Source of the DNA: an uncultured bacterium
Lineage (GTDB): Bacteria > Krumholzibacteriota > Krumholzibacteriia > Krumholzibacteriales > Krumholzibacteriaceae
Reading direction: 5' to 3'
Length of the DNA stretch: 64,000 nucleotides
NCBI GenBank assembly: GCA_965371515.1
Contig: CBDUYR010000005.1
Span: forward strand, 18,591-82,590
The position numbers and the translations under genes were made by a program. Positions 50,520 to 59,954 of this stretch are shown here, piece by piece. Below the pieces are notes generated by a model. It saw only the letters and a list, made by a program, of their open reading frames with translations. It ran no database searches and was not told the origin of the DNA. How positions within the stretch are numbered: position 1 is the stretch's first letter; the number at the start of each line of letters is the position of its first letter.

Positions 50520-51428
50520 TTATTCCTCCGGGATATTCCTGTACATCTCTATGATCTCCCCGCCACCCTTCTCAAAAAGGTCCTCGACAAGCGATCCCAC
50601 TACGTTCAACTCATCCCCGGCCCATCCGTGTATCTCCGATGCGATTTTCGTCGATCCGTCGGGAGAGGCGATCACCGCGCTGAGCTCGTACTCGCCGTCC
50701 TCGAACTCGGCGAGAACGCCTATGCCGCCCTTTCCGTCCCTGGACATCGTCCCGAGAAACGTCCTCTCGAGGATGACCTCTGCGAAACTTGCCGGATGAT
50801 TGATCTCCCGCACGACCCCGGCGGCCTTCCTGTCCCCGGCGCGGACGATCAGCACGACGGCGCCCTGGCCGGCCGGCGGCATGCAGATCGACGGCGTGAA
50901 TACCTCCACCACTTCATCCTGCCTGCCGAGCAACTCCACTTCCCAGGCTCGGGCCACAAAACCTCCGGTCTCGCCGTGATCGAGCATCTCCCTGAGTCCG
51001 GCGTAATCCTCGTCGCAATCGACGAAATCGATATCGTCGCGGTAGTTGAGAAGCTGGCCCTTCAGTCCGGGGTCGCCGACTGCGATAGATATGTCGGCCG
51101 GCAGTTCGTCGAGGATCGTCTCCTCTTTCGATATAATGACGTTGAAGGGATTGCCCCTCTTCATCATCGCCCCTATCTCCAGCTTCCTGCTGAATTTCAG
51201 CGGGAGTTCGCCGGCCTCCACAACGGCTATGTCCGCCCGGCCCCTAGATACGAGCCCGAGGAGAGCTGAGATCTCCGATACCGCCCGGCTGCGCGAAGAA
51301 ATCTCCGAATAATCGGAGAACTCGACGTTCCCGGACGATTCCCTCAGCGCCTCGATCACCGAAGCGGTGCTCGCCTTCGAGGCGAGATCGGCCTTCCCCG
51401 CTACGACCATAGCCGTGGACTTTGCCAT
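50520..51428 (-). CDS. Porphobilinogen deaminase (HemC)-fold protein, catalytic residues apparently lost
   Basis: HemC-like length and pattern (ADIAV, LDELP, PPAGQGA, ER.FL), but active-site Arg/Asp motifs and cofactor Cys are replaced. Confidence 0.7.
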   Translation of the reverse strand: MAKSTAMVVAGKADLASKASTASVIEALRESSGNVEFSDYSEISSRSRAVSEISALLGLVSRGRADIAVVEAGELPLKFSRKLEIGAMMKRGNPFNVIISKEETILDELPADISIAVGDPGLKGQLLNYRDDIDFVDCDEDYAGLREMLDHGETGGFVARAWEVELLGRQDEVVEVFTPSICMPPAGQGAVVLIVRAGDRKAAGVVREINHPASFAEVILERTFLGTMSRDGKGGIGVLAEFEDGEYELSAVIASPDGSTKIASEIHGWAGDELNVVGSLVEDLFEKGGGEIIEMYRNIPEE

Positions 51429-51481
51429 TCGTTCCTGTTCCTTCTGAGTGAAAAGGATGACGCATTATGCGTACGCGGAAG

Positions 51482-51510
51482 AATCTATCACAAGGAGATT
51501 GTCGTGTAAA
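51482..51510 (-). promoter_or_regulatory. Sigma70 promoter upstream of hemC-like/serS
   Basis: TTTACA-N17-TAGATT with extended TG. Confidence 0.6.
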
Positions 51511-51522
51511 GAGCGGGAAAGC

Positions 51523-52647
51523 TCAGTCGTTGTGAACGGCCATGCTGGAGGAAGAGACGCCGCACTCGGAGAGTATCCGCTCGGCCTTCTCCCTCGACAT
51601 GTCGAAGGTGACCATCCTGCGCAGGGCGAAAACAAATATCACCAGCTCGAACGCGGCGGCCACAGCGAGTGCCGCTGCGTAACCGAGGATCGTCAGGATA
51701 CCGAGTGCTCCGAATACTGCCGAGAGCGACCACAATATCAGATCGACCTTCCTCGTCGAGCCGCATCCGAAGAGAAGGATGTGGTGGATGTGCATGTGAT
51801 CCGCCTCGAAGGGCGGCCTTCCGCTCAACACCCTCCTTGTGAAGGCCAGTCCCGTATCGAGAAGCGGAACACTGAGAATGATCACCGCTCCCAGCGAGCG
51901 CATAAGAATATTTGTACCCGGCACAAGCACGATCAGCGAGATCAGCCCGAACATCATCCCGAAGAAGAGGCTGCCGGAGTCTCCCATGAATATCCTCGCC
52001 GGCGGGAAGTTGTACCTGAGAAAGGCCAGCGCCGCACCCAGGACGGCCAGCGAGAGGGCGGCCACCATCGGCTGTCCCAGCATAAGTCCCGCAACGGCGA
52101 ACGCGGCCGCGCTGATTGCGGCGATACCGGAGGCGAGTCCGTCGATCCCGTCTATGAGATTGAAAGAGGTCGTAATCGTCAGCATCCAGAAGGCGACCAG
52201 GGCGAATGCGAGCAGCGCCACGGGCATGGAGAGGTTGATCAGGCCGAAGTGCTCGAGAAGCCCCAGGCCTCCGGCGGCGACGAATATCGAGACCGTGATC
52301 TGGAAAAACAGTTTATACAGATAATGAAGAGACCTGAGATCATCGATGATGCCGAGCAAAAAGATCAAAAACCCGCTTGCGATCAAGACCGGCAGGAACG
52401 CCCTGTTGACCGGGTGCTGCGGCAGGAAGAACAGGAATACAGATATCAGGGAAAAGATAATGGCTCCGATGATCGCCACACCGCCAATGTGGGCGATCTC
52501 TCCCCTGCCCGTGCGCCCGTTCGGTTTATCGGTGATCCGCCAGCGCACCGCAATCCCGATCGCCATCGGCGTGAGGATCAGGCCCAGGATGGCCGAGATA
52601 GCAAAGGTAATGATATAATCTGTCGCCGACAAGGCACACCCTCCCAT
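51523..52647 (-). CDS. WecA/TagO-type polyprenyl-phosphate HexNAc-1-phosphate transferase
   Basis: GIIDD, FNLIDGIDGLA, NFPPARIFMGDSGS, DHMHIHH; many TM helices. Confidence 0.92.
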   Translation of the reverse strand: MGGCALSATDYIITFAISAILGLILTPMAIGIAVRWRITDKPNGRTGRGEIAHIGGVAIIGAIIFSLISVFLFFLPQHPVNRAFLPVLIASGFLIFLLGIIDDLRSLHYLYKLFFQITVSIFVAAGGLGLLEHFGLINLSMPVALLAFALVAFWMLTITTSFNLIDGIDGLASGIAAISAAAFAVAGLMLGQPMVAALSLAVLGAALAFLRYNFPPARIFMGDSGSLFFGMMFGLISLIVLVPGTNILMRSLGAVIILSVPLLDTGLAFTRRVLSGRPPFEADHMHIHHILLFGCGSTRKVDLILWSLSAVFGALGILTILGYAAALAVAAAFELVIFVFALRRMVTFDMSREKAERILSECGVSSSSMAVHND

Positions 52648-52745
52648 TCGTGTTATTTTAAGAATCGTTTATGTTGGAAACCTTGTCAAGGACGAGTTGA
52701 TACCCCGCATACCCCGGATAGAATCTTTACAATCCCGTTATCCCT

Positions 52746-54287
52746 TTATTTTAAACGCTTTATGAACGGGCGGAGCATCGGTTCGACAAGCCTGAGGAGA
52801 TCGTCCTTTTCAACCGCTTTGACCGCGAGAAGCGAGAAAAGGAATACCGCCGACAGCAGGGCGGCATAAACGACAGTCATCGGCAGCCCGGACGGCTCCG
52901 GGACTGACCGCGTGTAGATCGACCAGATCAGCACAGCCGCGCCTGTGATCCTGACCGCCCTGGAAAGGTCCCCTTTTCTGCGCAGCCCGCCGATCTCGCG
53001 CGAGACGGCCGCCAGACCGAGGATCTCGATCGGGAGGTACGAAAGAAGCGTCGACACGACCGCACCCTCCGCTCCCCATCTGGGGATCAGGAGGGCATTG
53101 AGAATAAAATTCATTCCGGCCCCCGCGATGGTCAGCTTTGCGTACGTCCCTGCCCTGTTCGCAGCGATCAGCCCGGGTAGAATTACCGATCCGACACTGC
53201 GCATCACGATCAGCGGGATAAACAGGACTAGTATCCCTGCCGATGCGGCGAACTTGTCGGAGAAAAGCCCCGTCACGAGCGGTTTAGCCAGACAGGCGAA
53301 CACGGTCGCGACGCATGCAGAGTAAGCGAATGATGCCGTGATCGACCGGTTGACCAGATCGCTGCAGCGCTGCCTGTCGCCCGATGCCCAGGCGCCGGCC
53401 AGGGCGGGCCTCAGCGTCATCACCAGCGCGAACATCGGGAAGAGCGAAGTCTCGAGGAGATTTCTCGCCATCGAGTAGATCCCCACGTCAACGGCGCCCC
53501 GGAAATATCCGAGCATGATCTTGTCGAGCAGCGAGTATATCGTCACCGACGCTCCGCTGACTGCGAGCGTCGCACTGAGGCGCCAGAGGCGCGTCCTCAT
53601 CTCGCGGATCCGCTCCGGCGAGACCCTTTCCGTCCCTCTCGCCGAGAGATAGACGATGACCGCCGCGCCCGTGATCGCCGCGGCGGCTATGTACGCCCAT
53701 ATCACCCCGGTCGTTCCCAGAGCGAGAGATGCGGCGGTGGCAACCAGCCCGATCCTGATCGCGAGCATCACGGCACGCATGGCGAAGAGCATCCTGAACT
53801 TTTTCAGGCCGAGCATGATCAACGCGGCGAGCTCGTTGAAGCTGACCGACAGTATCACCAGCCCGCCGAGCCGGAACAGCGGCTCCAGTTCAGGATCACT
53901 GTAGAGTGCGGCGATGGTCGGCGCCAGGAGAAATGCCGCAACGGATGTCGGAAGGGTGAACGCGAGGCGCAGCAGGAATGCAGCCCTCGCGAGCGGGCGG
54001 ATCAGGACCGGCGAGGAAACGGCGTATTCGGAGACGAGCCTCGATCCCGCCCCGTCGATACCGAACTTCGCGAAGATCAGGAAGATCGTCGCCACCGCCA
54101 TCGTCAGATTTATCAGGCCCGCCGCGCGCGGACCCATCGTCCTCGCGACGATCAGTGCCACGACGAACGCGCTTATCAGGGGGAGTGCCGTCGAACCGAA
54201 GGTCCAGAAATAGCCCGAGGCGAGGGATTCCTTGCCGGCATTGCGGTTGCTGTTGGAATTCCGGTCATCTATCTGTCGATCGTTCAT
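52746..54287 (-). CDS. Oligosaccharide flippase (Wzx family)
   Basis: 12-14 TM helices, DKIMLG...VGIYS, LN.LLIP.WG..GA. Confidence 0.88.
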   Translation of the reverse strand: MNDRQIDDRNSNSNRNAGKESLASGYFWTFGSTALPLISAFVVALIVARTMGPRAAGLINLTMAVATIFLIFAKFGIDGAGSRLVSEYAVSSPVLIRPLARAAFLLRLAFTLPTSVAAFLLAPTIAALYSDPELEPLFRLGGLVILSVSFNELAALIMLGLKKFRMLFAMRAVMLAIRIGLVATAASLALGTTGVIWAYIAAAAITGAAVIVYLSARGTERVSPERIREMRTRLWRLSATLAVSGASVTIYSLLDKIMLGYFRGAVDVGIYSMARNLLETSLFPMFALVMTLRPALAGAWASGDRQRCSDLVNRSITASFAYSACVATVFACLAKPLVTGLFSDKFAASAGILVLFIPLIVMRSVGSVILPGLIAANRAGTYAKLTIAGAGMNFILNALLIPRWGAEGAVVSTLLSYLPIEILGLAAVSREIGGLRRKGDLSRAVRITGAAVLIWSIYTRSVPEPSGLPMTVVYAALLSAVFLFSLLAVKAVEKDDLLRLVEPMLRPFIKRLK

Positions 54288-54299
54288 CAGATAACGGGA

Positions 54300-55388
54300 T
54301 CAGGGAAAATGCTTGTCGAGAACATCGGCTATCCTGCCGGCAGTCTTCCCGTCCCACAGGGGAGGAAGGGAATGCTCCCCGATGCCCCGGTCGAGGATAC
54401 CCGTCACGGCGGCCTCCACCCTGGAGGGATCGGTTCCCGCGAGGATGTTCGTACCCAGCTCGATCGTTATCGGACGCTCGGTGTTCTCACGCACAGTGAC
54501 ACACGGTATGCCGAGGACCGTCGTCTCCTCCTGGATCCCTCCCGAGTCGGTCACAACGATGCCTGCCGATTTCATCATCCCGATGAAATCGAGGTATCCA
54601 ACCGGGTCGATCAACCTGAGTCGGTCTGATAGGGCGACAGGCGGATCGGCAGATTCGAGCATCTTCTTCGTCCGGGGGTGTATGGGGAATACAACGGGCA
54701 TCCGCTCGGCCAGCCTCGAGAGCATCGCGAAGAGCTCGCGAAGCTCTTCCGGATCGTCGACGTTCGAGGGCCGGTGGAGGGTAACGAGCATGTAATCCTT
54801 TTCGACGAGTCCCAGCCTGTCCAGGACGTCTGAACCACCCGCCCTGTCTATATAATAAAGAAGTGAATCTATCATGATATTGCCGACAAAAAAGATCCTG
54901 TCTCCCCCGACTCCCTCCCGCTTGAGATTGATCTCAGCCTCCGGAGACGTCGTGAAGCAGAAGCGCGAGAGGATGTCGGTGACCATCCTGTTGATCTCCT
55001 CGGGCATCGCAAGGTCGAAGCTTCTCAGACCCGCTTCCACGTGGGCAACTGGTATCCACAGCTTCGAACCGACTATCGAGCATGCGAGTGTCGAGTTGAC
55101 GTCCCCCACCACGACGATCAGGTCGGGCCGGTCACCGAGGACGATCTTCTCGAACTCGACCATCACACGGGCGGTCTGCTCCGCGTGACTGCCCGATCCA
55201 ACGCCGAGATATATGTCGGGTTCGGGAAGCTCGAGGTCCTCGAAGAAGATCTTCGACATGTTCTCGTCGTAATGCTGACCCGTGTGTACGAGACGAGTCT
55301 CGATCCCGCCGCGGCGGGCGAACTCGCGCATCAGCGGCGCCACCTTCATGAAGTTGGGCCGTGCGCCCACGACCATGGTTGCTTTCAA
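54300..55388 (-). CDS. wecB: UDP-N-acetylglucosamine 2-epimerase (non-hydrolysing)
   Basis: GARPNFMK, HTGQH, HVEAGLRS, PEEINR, TDSGGIQEE. Confidence 0.93.
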   Translation of the reverse strand: MKATMVVGARPNFMKVAPLMREFARRGGIETRLVHTGQHYDENMSKIFFEDLELPEPDIYLGVGSGSHAEQTARVMVEFEKIVLGDRPDLIVVVGDVNSTLACSIVGSKLWIPVAHVEAGLRSFDLAMPEEINRMVTDILSRFCFTTSPEAEINLKREGVGGDRIFFVGNIMIDSLLYYIDRAGGSDVLDRLGLVEKDYMLVTLHRPSNVDDPEELRELFAMLSRLAERMPVVFPIHPRTKKMLESADPPVALSDRLRLIDPVGYLDFIGMMKSAGIVVTDSGGIQEETTVLGIPCVTVRENTERPITIELGTNILAGTDPSRVEAAVTGILDRGIGEHSLPPLWDGKTAGRIADVLDKHFP

Positions 55389-56407
55389 AGCTTTCTGCCT
55401 TCCTTTATCCTGCCCGAATACATCTTACGGTAGTATTTCCTGAAACTTCCCTGACGGACCGGCTGCCACCAGTCCTCATTTCGCCTGTACCACTGGACCG
55501 TCCTTTTGAGGCCCTCGTCGAATCCGGTCTTCTTGCGCCACCCGAGCGCCCTGATCTTCCTCGTTGCTACAGAGTAACGCCTGTCGTGGCCCGGACGGTC
55601 GGAGATGAGAGTCAGGAGAGACGGATCTGCCCCGGTGAGCTCGACTATCTTCCGGGCTATGTAGATATTGGTCTTCTCGTCTCCCGCACCGATGTTGTAG
55701 ACCTCTCCGACCTTTCCCTTCCTGCCGACGAGGTCGATCGCCCTGCAGTTGTCCTCGACGTATATCCAGTCTCGGACGTTTTTCCCGTCACCGTACAGCG
55801 GAAGCGGCATCGCTTCCATCGCATTGATAGTGAAGAGAGGGATGAACTTTTCCGGATGCTGATACGGCCCGTAGTTGTTCGAGCTTCTTGTGATCAGCGT
55901 CGGCAGGCCGTATGTCTTGTGGAACGCCCTGACCAGCATGTCGGCGCCGGCCTTGCTCGCCGAGTAGGGACTGTTCGGCTTTATCGGATCGGTCTCGCGG
56001 AACGAGCCTTTCAGCACGCTGCCGTAGACCTCATCGGTCGATACCTGCACAAAGCGCTGCACCCCGAACTCGAGCGCCTTCTGAAGGAGCGTGTAAGTGC
56101 CGACGACATCGGTCCTGACGAAGCTGCCCGCCTCGAGTATCGACCGGTCGACGTGGGTCTCGGCAGCGAAATTATATATGATGTCCGTCCCGGGCAGTAT
56201 CTCAGCGAGAAGTTTCGCGTTGCATATATCGCCTTTGACGAATTTGAACCGTCTGTCTTTTTCCAGGCCTGCAAAATTGTCGAGGTTCCCCGCGTAGGTA
56301 AGCTTGTCGAGAACGATTACCTTCGCCGCGCCTCGTCTGCGGAGAAGCATCCGGACAAAATTGGAGCCGATGAATCCGGCCCCTCCCGTAACAACGATCT
56401 TTTTCAT
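55385..56407 (-). CDS. rfbB: dTDP-glucose 4,6-dehydratase
   Basis: TGGAGFIGSNF, DKLTYAGN, AAETHVDRS, STDEVYG, YSASKA, DRPGHD.RY. Confidence 0.94.
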   Translation of the reverse strand: MKKIVVTGGAGFIGSNFVRMLLRRRGAAKVIVLDKLTYAGNLDNFAGLEKDRRFKFVKGDICNAKLLAEILPGTDIIYNFAAETHVDRSILEAGSFVRTDVVGTYTLLQKALEFGVQRFVQVSTDEVYGSVLKGSFRETDPIKPNSPYSASKAGADMLVRAFHKTYGLPTLITRSSNNYGPYQHPEKFIPLFTINAMEAMPLPLYGDGKNVRDWIYVEDNCRAIDLVGRKGKVGEVYNIGAGDEKTNIYIARKIVELTGADPSLLTLISDRPGHDRRYSVATRKIRALGWRKKTGFDEGLKRTVQWYRRNEDWWQPVRQGSFRKYYRKMYSGRIKEGRKL

Positions 56408-56435
56408 CTGTCCTCCGATCGGATCTCCGGATCGC

Positions 56436-57758
56436 TCAGATCTCCGGATTGCCGGGCCGCCCGAATGAATGATACCTGAATCCAAGTCCATTCATTATAG
56501 ACGGCTTGTAGATGTTACGGCAGTCTATCACGATGGGCTCGGCCAGCACGTCCTTCATCTTGTCCAGGTCGAACTGCCTGAACTCGTTCCACTCCGTCAT
56601 TAATACGAGCGCGTCGGCTCTGTCCATCGCCGAATAGGCGTCATCGTGGAACTCGATCCTGTCCCCGTACAGCTCCTTCGCGTTGTCCATGGCAATCGGA
56701 TCGTAGGCCGCTATCCGCACCCCCCTCTCAAGAAGGATATCTATGAGTTTGAGCGCGGGGGCATCCCTCAGATCGTCGGTGTTCGGCTTGAAAGAAAGAC
56801 CGAGAATAGCGATCTTCCTGCCTGATATATCGGGTAGTTCGCCCTCGAGCTTCTCGAGCAGCCTGTCGATGCGCGACCTGTTGACGTCGCTCGCCGCACC
56901 GATGACCCTTAGATCGGTCTTGAAGTCATCCGCCGTGCGAAGGATAGCGGAGACGTCCTTGGGAAGGCACGAACCGCCGTAGCCGACACCGGCGTGCAGG
57001 AACTTCGGACCGATCCTCTTGTCCAGCCCCAGGCCCTTGGCAACCTCGCTGACGTTCGCGCCGGTCTTCTCGCACAGATCGCCTATTTCGTTAATAAAAG
57101 ATATCTTAACCGCGAGGAATGCGTTGCTCGCGTATTTGATAAGCTCGGCCGTACGAATGGAGGTGAACACGACCGGCGTCTCGAGCAGGTAGAGCGGGCG
57201 ATAGATCTCTCTCATGATCTCCTTCGCCCTTTCACTCTCAACGCCGATCACGACCCTGTTCGGTCTCATGAAATCCTCTATCGCCGATCCCTCGCGGAGA
57301 AACTCGGGGTTTGAGACGCGGTCGAACTGCACGTCCCCCTTGAGGTTCTCGCTGATGATCCGGCCGACCTCCTCGGAGGTTCCGACCGGGACTGTGCTTT
57401 TCTGGACAAACACCTTGTATTCATTCATCGCCAGTGCGACATCCTTCGATACAGTATAGACGGCGCTCAGATCGGCCGCGCCGTCATCGCCCATAGGTGT
57501 ACCTACTGCACAGAAGATAACCTCGGATTTCTTGACAGAGTCGGCTAGATCGGTCGTAAAGACGAGCCGCCCAGCATCGGCGTTCCTCTCGACCAGTTCT
57601 TTCAGCCCCGGCTCGAATATAGGCATGATACCGTTCTGTATCTTCTCGATCCTGCTTCTGTCTATATCGACGCAGATCACATCGTTTCCAAAATCGGCCA
57701 GGCAGGAGCCGCTCACCAGCCCGACATATCCCGTCCCGACCATGCAGATCTTCGGCAT
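56436..57758 (-). CDS. ugd: UDP-glucose 6-dehydrogenase
   Basis: GTGYVGL, KSTVPVGT, SNPEFLREG, GYGGSCLPKD, FKPNTDD.R. Confidence 0.93.
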   Translation of the reverse strand: MPKICMVGTGYVGLVSGSCLADFGNDVICVDIDRSRIEKIQNGIMPIFEPGLKELVERNADAGRLVFTTDLADSVKKSEVIFCAVGTPMGDDGAADLSAVYTVSKDVALAMNEYKVFVQKSTVPVGTSEEVGRIISENLKGDVQFDRVSNPEFLREGSAIEDFMRPNRVVIGVESERAKEIMREIYRPLYLLETPVVFTSIRTAELIKYASNAFLAVKISFINEIGDLCEKTGANVSEVAKGLGLDKRIGPKFLHAGVGYGGSCLPKDVSAILRTADDFKTDLRVIGAASDVNRSRIDRLLEKLEGELPDISGRKIAILGLSFKPNTDDLRDAPALKLIDILLERGVRIAAYDPIAMDNAKELYGDRIEFHDDAYSAMDRADALVLMTEWNEFRQFDLDKMKDVLAEPIVIDCRNIYKPSIMNGLGFRYHSFGRPGNPEI

Positions 57759-57821
57759 CTCATTCTCCTCATTTCAGGCATCCGCATCCAGGATGTCCAC
57801 GCCATGCGGATAATATTCAGT

Positions 57822-58823
57822 CTATTTCAGTGCTGCGGCTACTTCTGCCTCCCACCATGCGAAGAGGTCGCCGAGCATCTTACCCCTTCCTATGGCGGCA
57901 GACCAGCCGCAATCTTCTACAAGTCTTCCGTTGTCTCCCGTCAGGACAGGAACGTCCGCAGGCCTCAGAAGCTGCGGGTCGGTCTCCACCGAGACTTTCA
58001 CTCCTGTCATCGCCGTCAGCTGCTCCACGGCATCGGAAAGGGCGAGGCCGCTTCCCGAACAGACGTTGTACGTCGCGCCCGGTATCCCCCTCTCGGCGAG
58101 CAATATATACGCTTCCACGACGTCTCTCACATCGAGAAAATCGCGCGTCACTTCGAGATTGCCAGTGCGGAGTACGGGTTCCCTGAGGCCGGCCTTTATC
58201 TCGGCGCACTGCCGCGCAAAGGACGGGAGCACGAAGGTAATGGTCTGCCCCGGTCCAGTATGGTTGAAGCTTCTGGTCGCAACCGCGTCGATCCCGAAGG
58301 CGCGGTGATACTGCATGACAAGGAGGTTCTGCGCGGCCTTGCTCGCGGCGTACGGACTGACCGGCTCTATCAGAGCTTGCTCTGAGATCGGCATCTCGTC
58401 AGGGGTGCGCCTTCCATATTCCTCGGCGGAACCGGTCACGATGACTCTGGATTTCCTGCCCCTGCGAACCGCCTCGAGGAGATTGAGCGTCCCCATGACG
58501 TTCGTTTGCATCGTCCCCCGAGGATCCTTGAACGAGATGGCCGCCGAGCTCCGGGCCGCGAGATGGAATATCACGTCCGGGGCCCAGTCAGAGACGGCCT
58601 GTTCTACAGCGCCGGCGTCGAGCAGGTCGCACTGCCTGATCTCAGCCCCTTCTTCGGGAAAAAGCGGCGGAAGCACCTGCCCGTCGATCTCGAAGGGTCC
58701 GTGCCCGTCACCCGCGCCGGAGACGGCCGAGTCCAGCCCGAGGACCTCGGCTCCGCCCGCGACGAGTCGCGAGACGAGATAGCCTCCAACGAATCCGGAT
58801 GCACCTGTGACAAGCGCTTTCAT
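57822..58823 (-). CDS. GDP-mannose 4,6-dehydratase-family SDR (Rmd-like GDP-4-keto-6-deoxy-mannose reductase)
   Basis: TGASGFVG, HLAA, SAEEYG, YAASK, FNHTGPGQ, GNL...RDF.DVRDVV.AY. Confidence 0.85.
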   Translation of the reverse strand: MKALVTGASGFVGGYLVSRLVAGGAEVLGLDSAVSGAGDGHGPFEIDGQVLPPLFPEEGAEIRQCDLLDAGAVEQAVSDWAPDVIFHLAARSSAAISFKDPRGTMQTNVMGTLNLLEAVRRGRKSRVIVTGSAEEYGRRTPDEMPISEQALIEPVSPYAASKAAQNLLVMQYHRAFGIDAVATRSFNHTGPGQTITFVLPSFARQCAEIKAGLREPVLRTGNLEVTRDFLDVRDVVEAYILLAERGIPGATYNVCSGSGLALSDAVEQLTAMTGVKVSVETDPQLLRPADVPVLTGDNGRLVEDCGWSAAIGRGKMLGDLFAWWEAEVAAALK

Positions 58824-58845
58824 AATCTGTCGTTCCGTCCGGCGA

Positions 58846-59808
58846 TCAGCGCCGGTTCGGGCAGCTCCTCCAGAAATCGAGAAGATCGGACAGTGTCTTT
58901 TCCATGGGTATCTCGGGCTTCCAGCCGGTGTCGCCGACAAACAGGCTGTTGTCACCCTGGAGCAGGGGCACGTCGCTCGGCCTCAGCCTTCCCTTGTCGG
59001 TCCTTACGTCTACCTCGATCCCGCTGATCTCGATCAGCATGTCGAGGATCTCCTTGATGCTGAAACGAGTACCGGTGCAGATATTGTATGCCGTGCCGGG
59101 TTTCCCCTTTTCCAGCGAGAGCCAGTATGCGCGGACCATGTCCCTCACATCGGTGAAGTCCCTTCTGGCATCGAGGTTCCCCACCTCCATGTAGGGCTCG
59201 CGCTTGCCCCTTTCAATATCGACGATCTGCTTGGCGAAATCGCTGCAGACAAAGACGGGCCCCCGCCTCGGTCCGGTATGGTTGAACCCGCGGGTGCGGA
59301 TGATCTTCATCCCGTAACTCATGAAGTACTGGTAACCGAGCAGGTCCTGTCCCACCTTGCTGACACCGTAGGGGCTCAGCGGCCTGAACGGATTCGATTC
59401 CTTGATCGGCACCTCGTCGGGATGGACCATCCCGTACTCCTCGCTCGAGCAGGCGATCTGTATGGAGCAGTCGACATCGAGCTTGCGCACCGCCTCGAAC
59501 ACGTTTACCTGGCCGAGCACGTTCGTGGTGAGCGATTCGCTCGGAGCCTTCCAAGACGTCGGCACGAAACTCTGCGCCGCCAGATGGAATATCCTTTCGG
59601 GCCGGATCTCCTCGATGACGTCGCGGGTAGACGAGGCATCCCTCAGGTCGCACTCGAGAAGCTTGAGCCTGTCCCAGATATGTTCGATGTTTTCCGTACG
59701 GCTCCTCCAGCGGATGATCCCGTAGACTTCGACATCCTTCATCGTAAGACACAGGTCGGCGAGATGACTTCCCGCAAAACCCGTTATCCCCGTTATAAGT
59801 ATTCGCAT
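58846..59808 (-). CDS. GDP-mannose 4,6-dehydratase-family SDR (second paralogue)
   Basis: TGITGFAG, HLAAQSFV..SW, SSEEYG, YGVSK, FNHTGPRRG, GNLDARRDF. Confidence 0.87.
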   Translation of the reverse strand: MRILITGITGFAGSHLADLCLTMKDVEVYGIIRWRSRTENIEHIWDRLKLLECDLRDASSTRDVIEEIRPERIFHLAAQSFVPTSWKAPSESLTTNVLGQVNVFEAVRKLDVDCSIQIACSSEEYGMVHPDEVPIKESNPFRPLSPYGVSKVGQDLLGYQYFMSYGMKIIRTRGFNHTGPRRGPVFVCSDFAKQIVDIERGKREPYMEVGNLDARRDFTDVRDMVRAYWLSLEKGKPGTAYNICTGTRFSIKEILDMLIEISGIEVDVRTDKGRLRPSDVPLLQGDNSLFVGDTGWKPEIPMEKTLSDLLDFWRSCPNRR

Positions 59809-59874
59809 CTCGCTGCCCTTTCCTGCGCATCCCCGGGGCGCATGAGGAGAACGTAATTATCGTATAGAAGTATA

Positions 59875-59903
59875 ATTGTATCAGACGGAGGCCCGCATCG
59901 CAA
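59875..59903 (-). promoter_or_regulatory. Sigma70 promoter of the nucleotide-sugar cluster
   Basis: TTGCGA-N17-TACAAT with extended TG. Confidence 0.6.
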
Positions 59904-59954
59904 ACCGTAAAGGCTTTTCAACGAGATGCGGCCCATAAGCGGTCACCGCCGATA

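Noticed and set aside
56414..56450. Short GATCTCCGGAT direct repeat between ugd and rfbB
   Set aside because: Only two short copies, partly coding; no support for a function.
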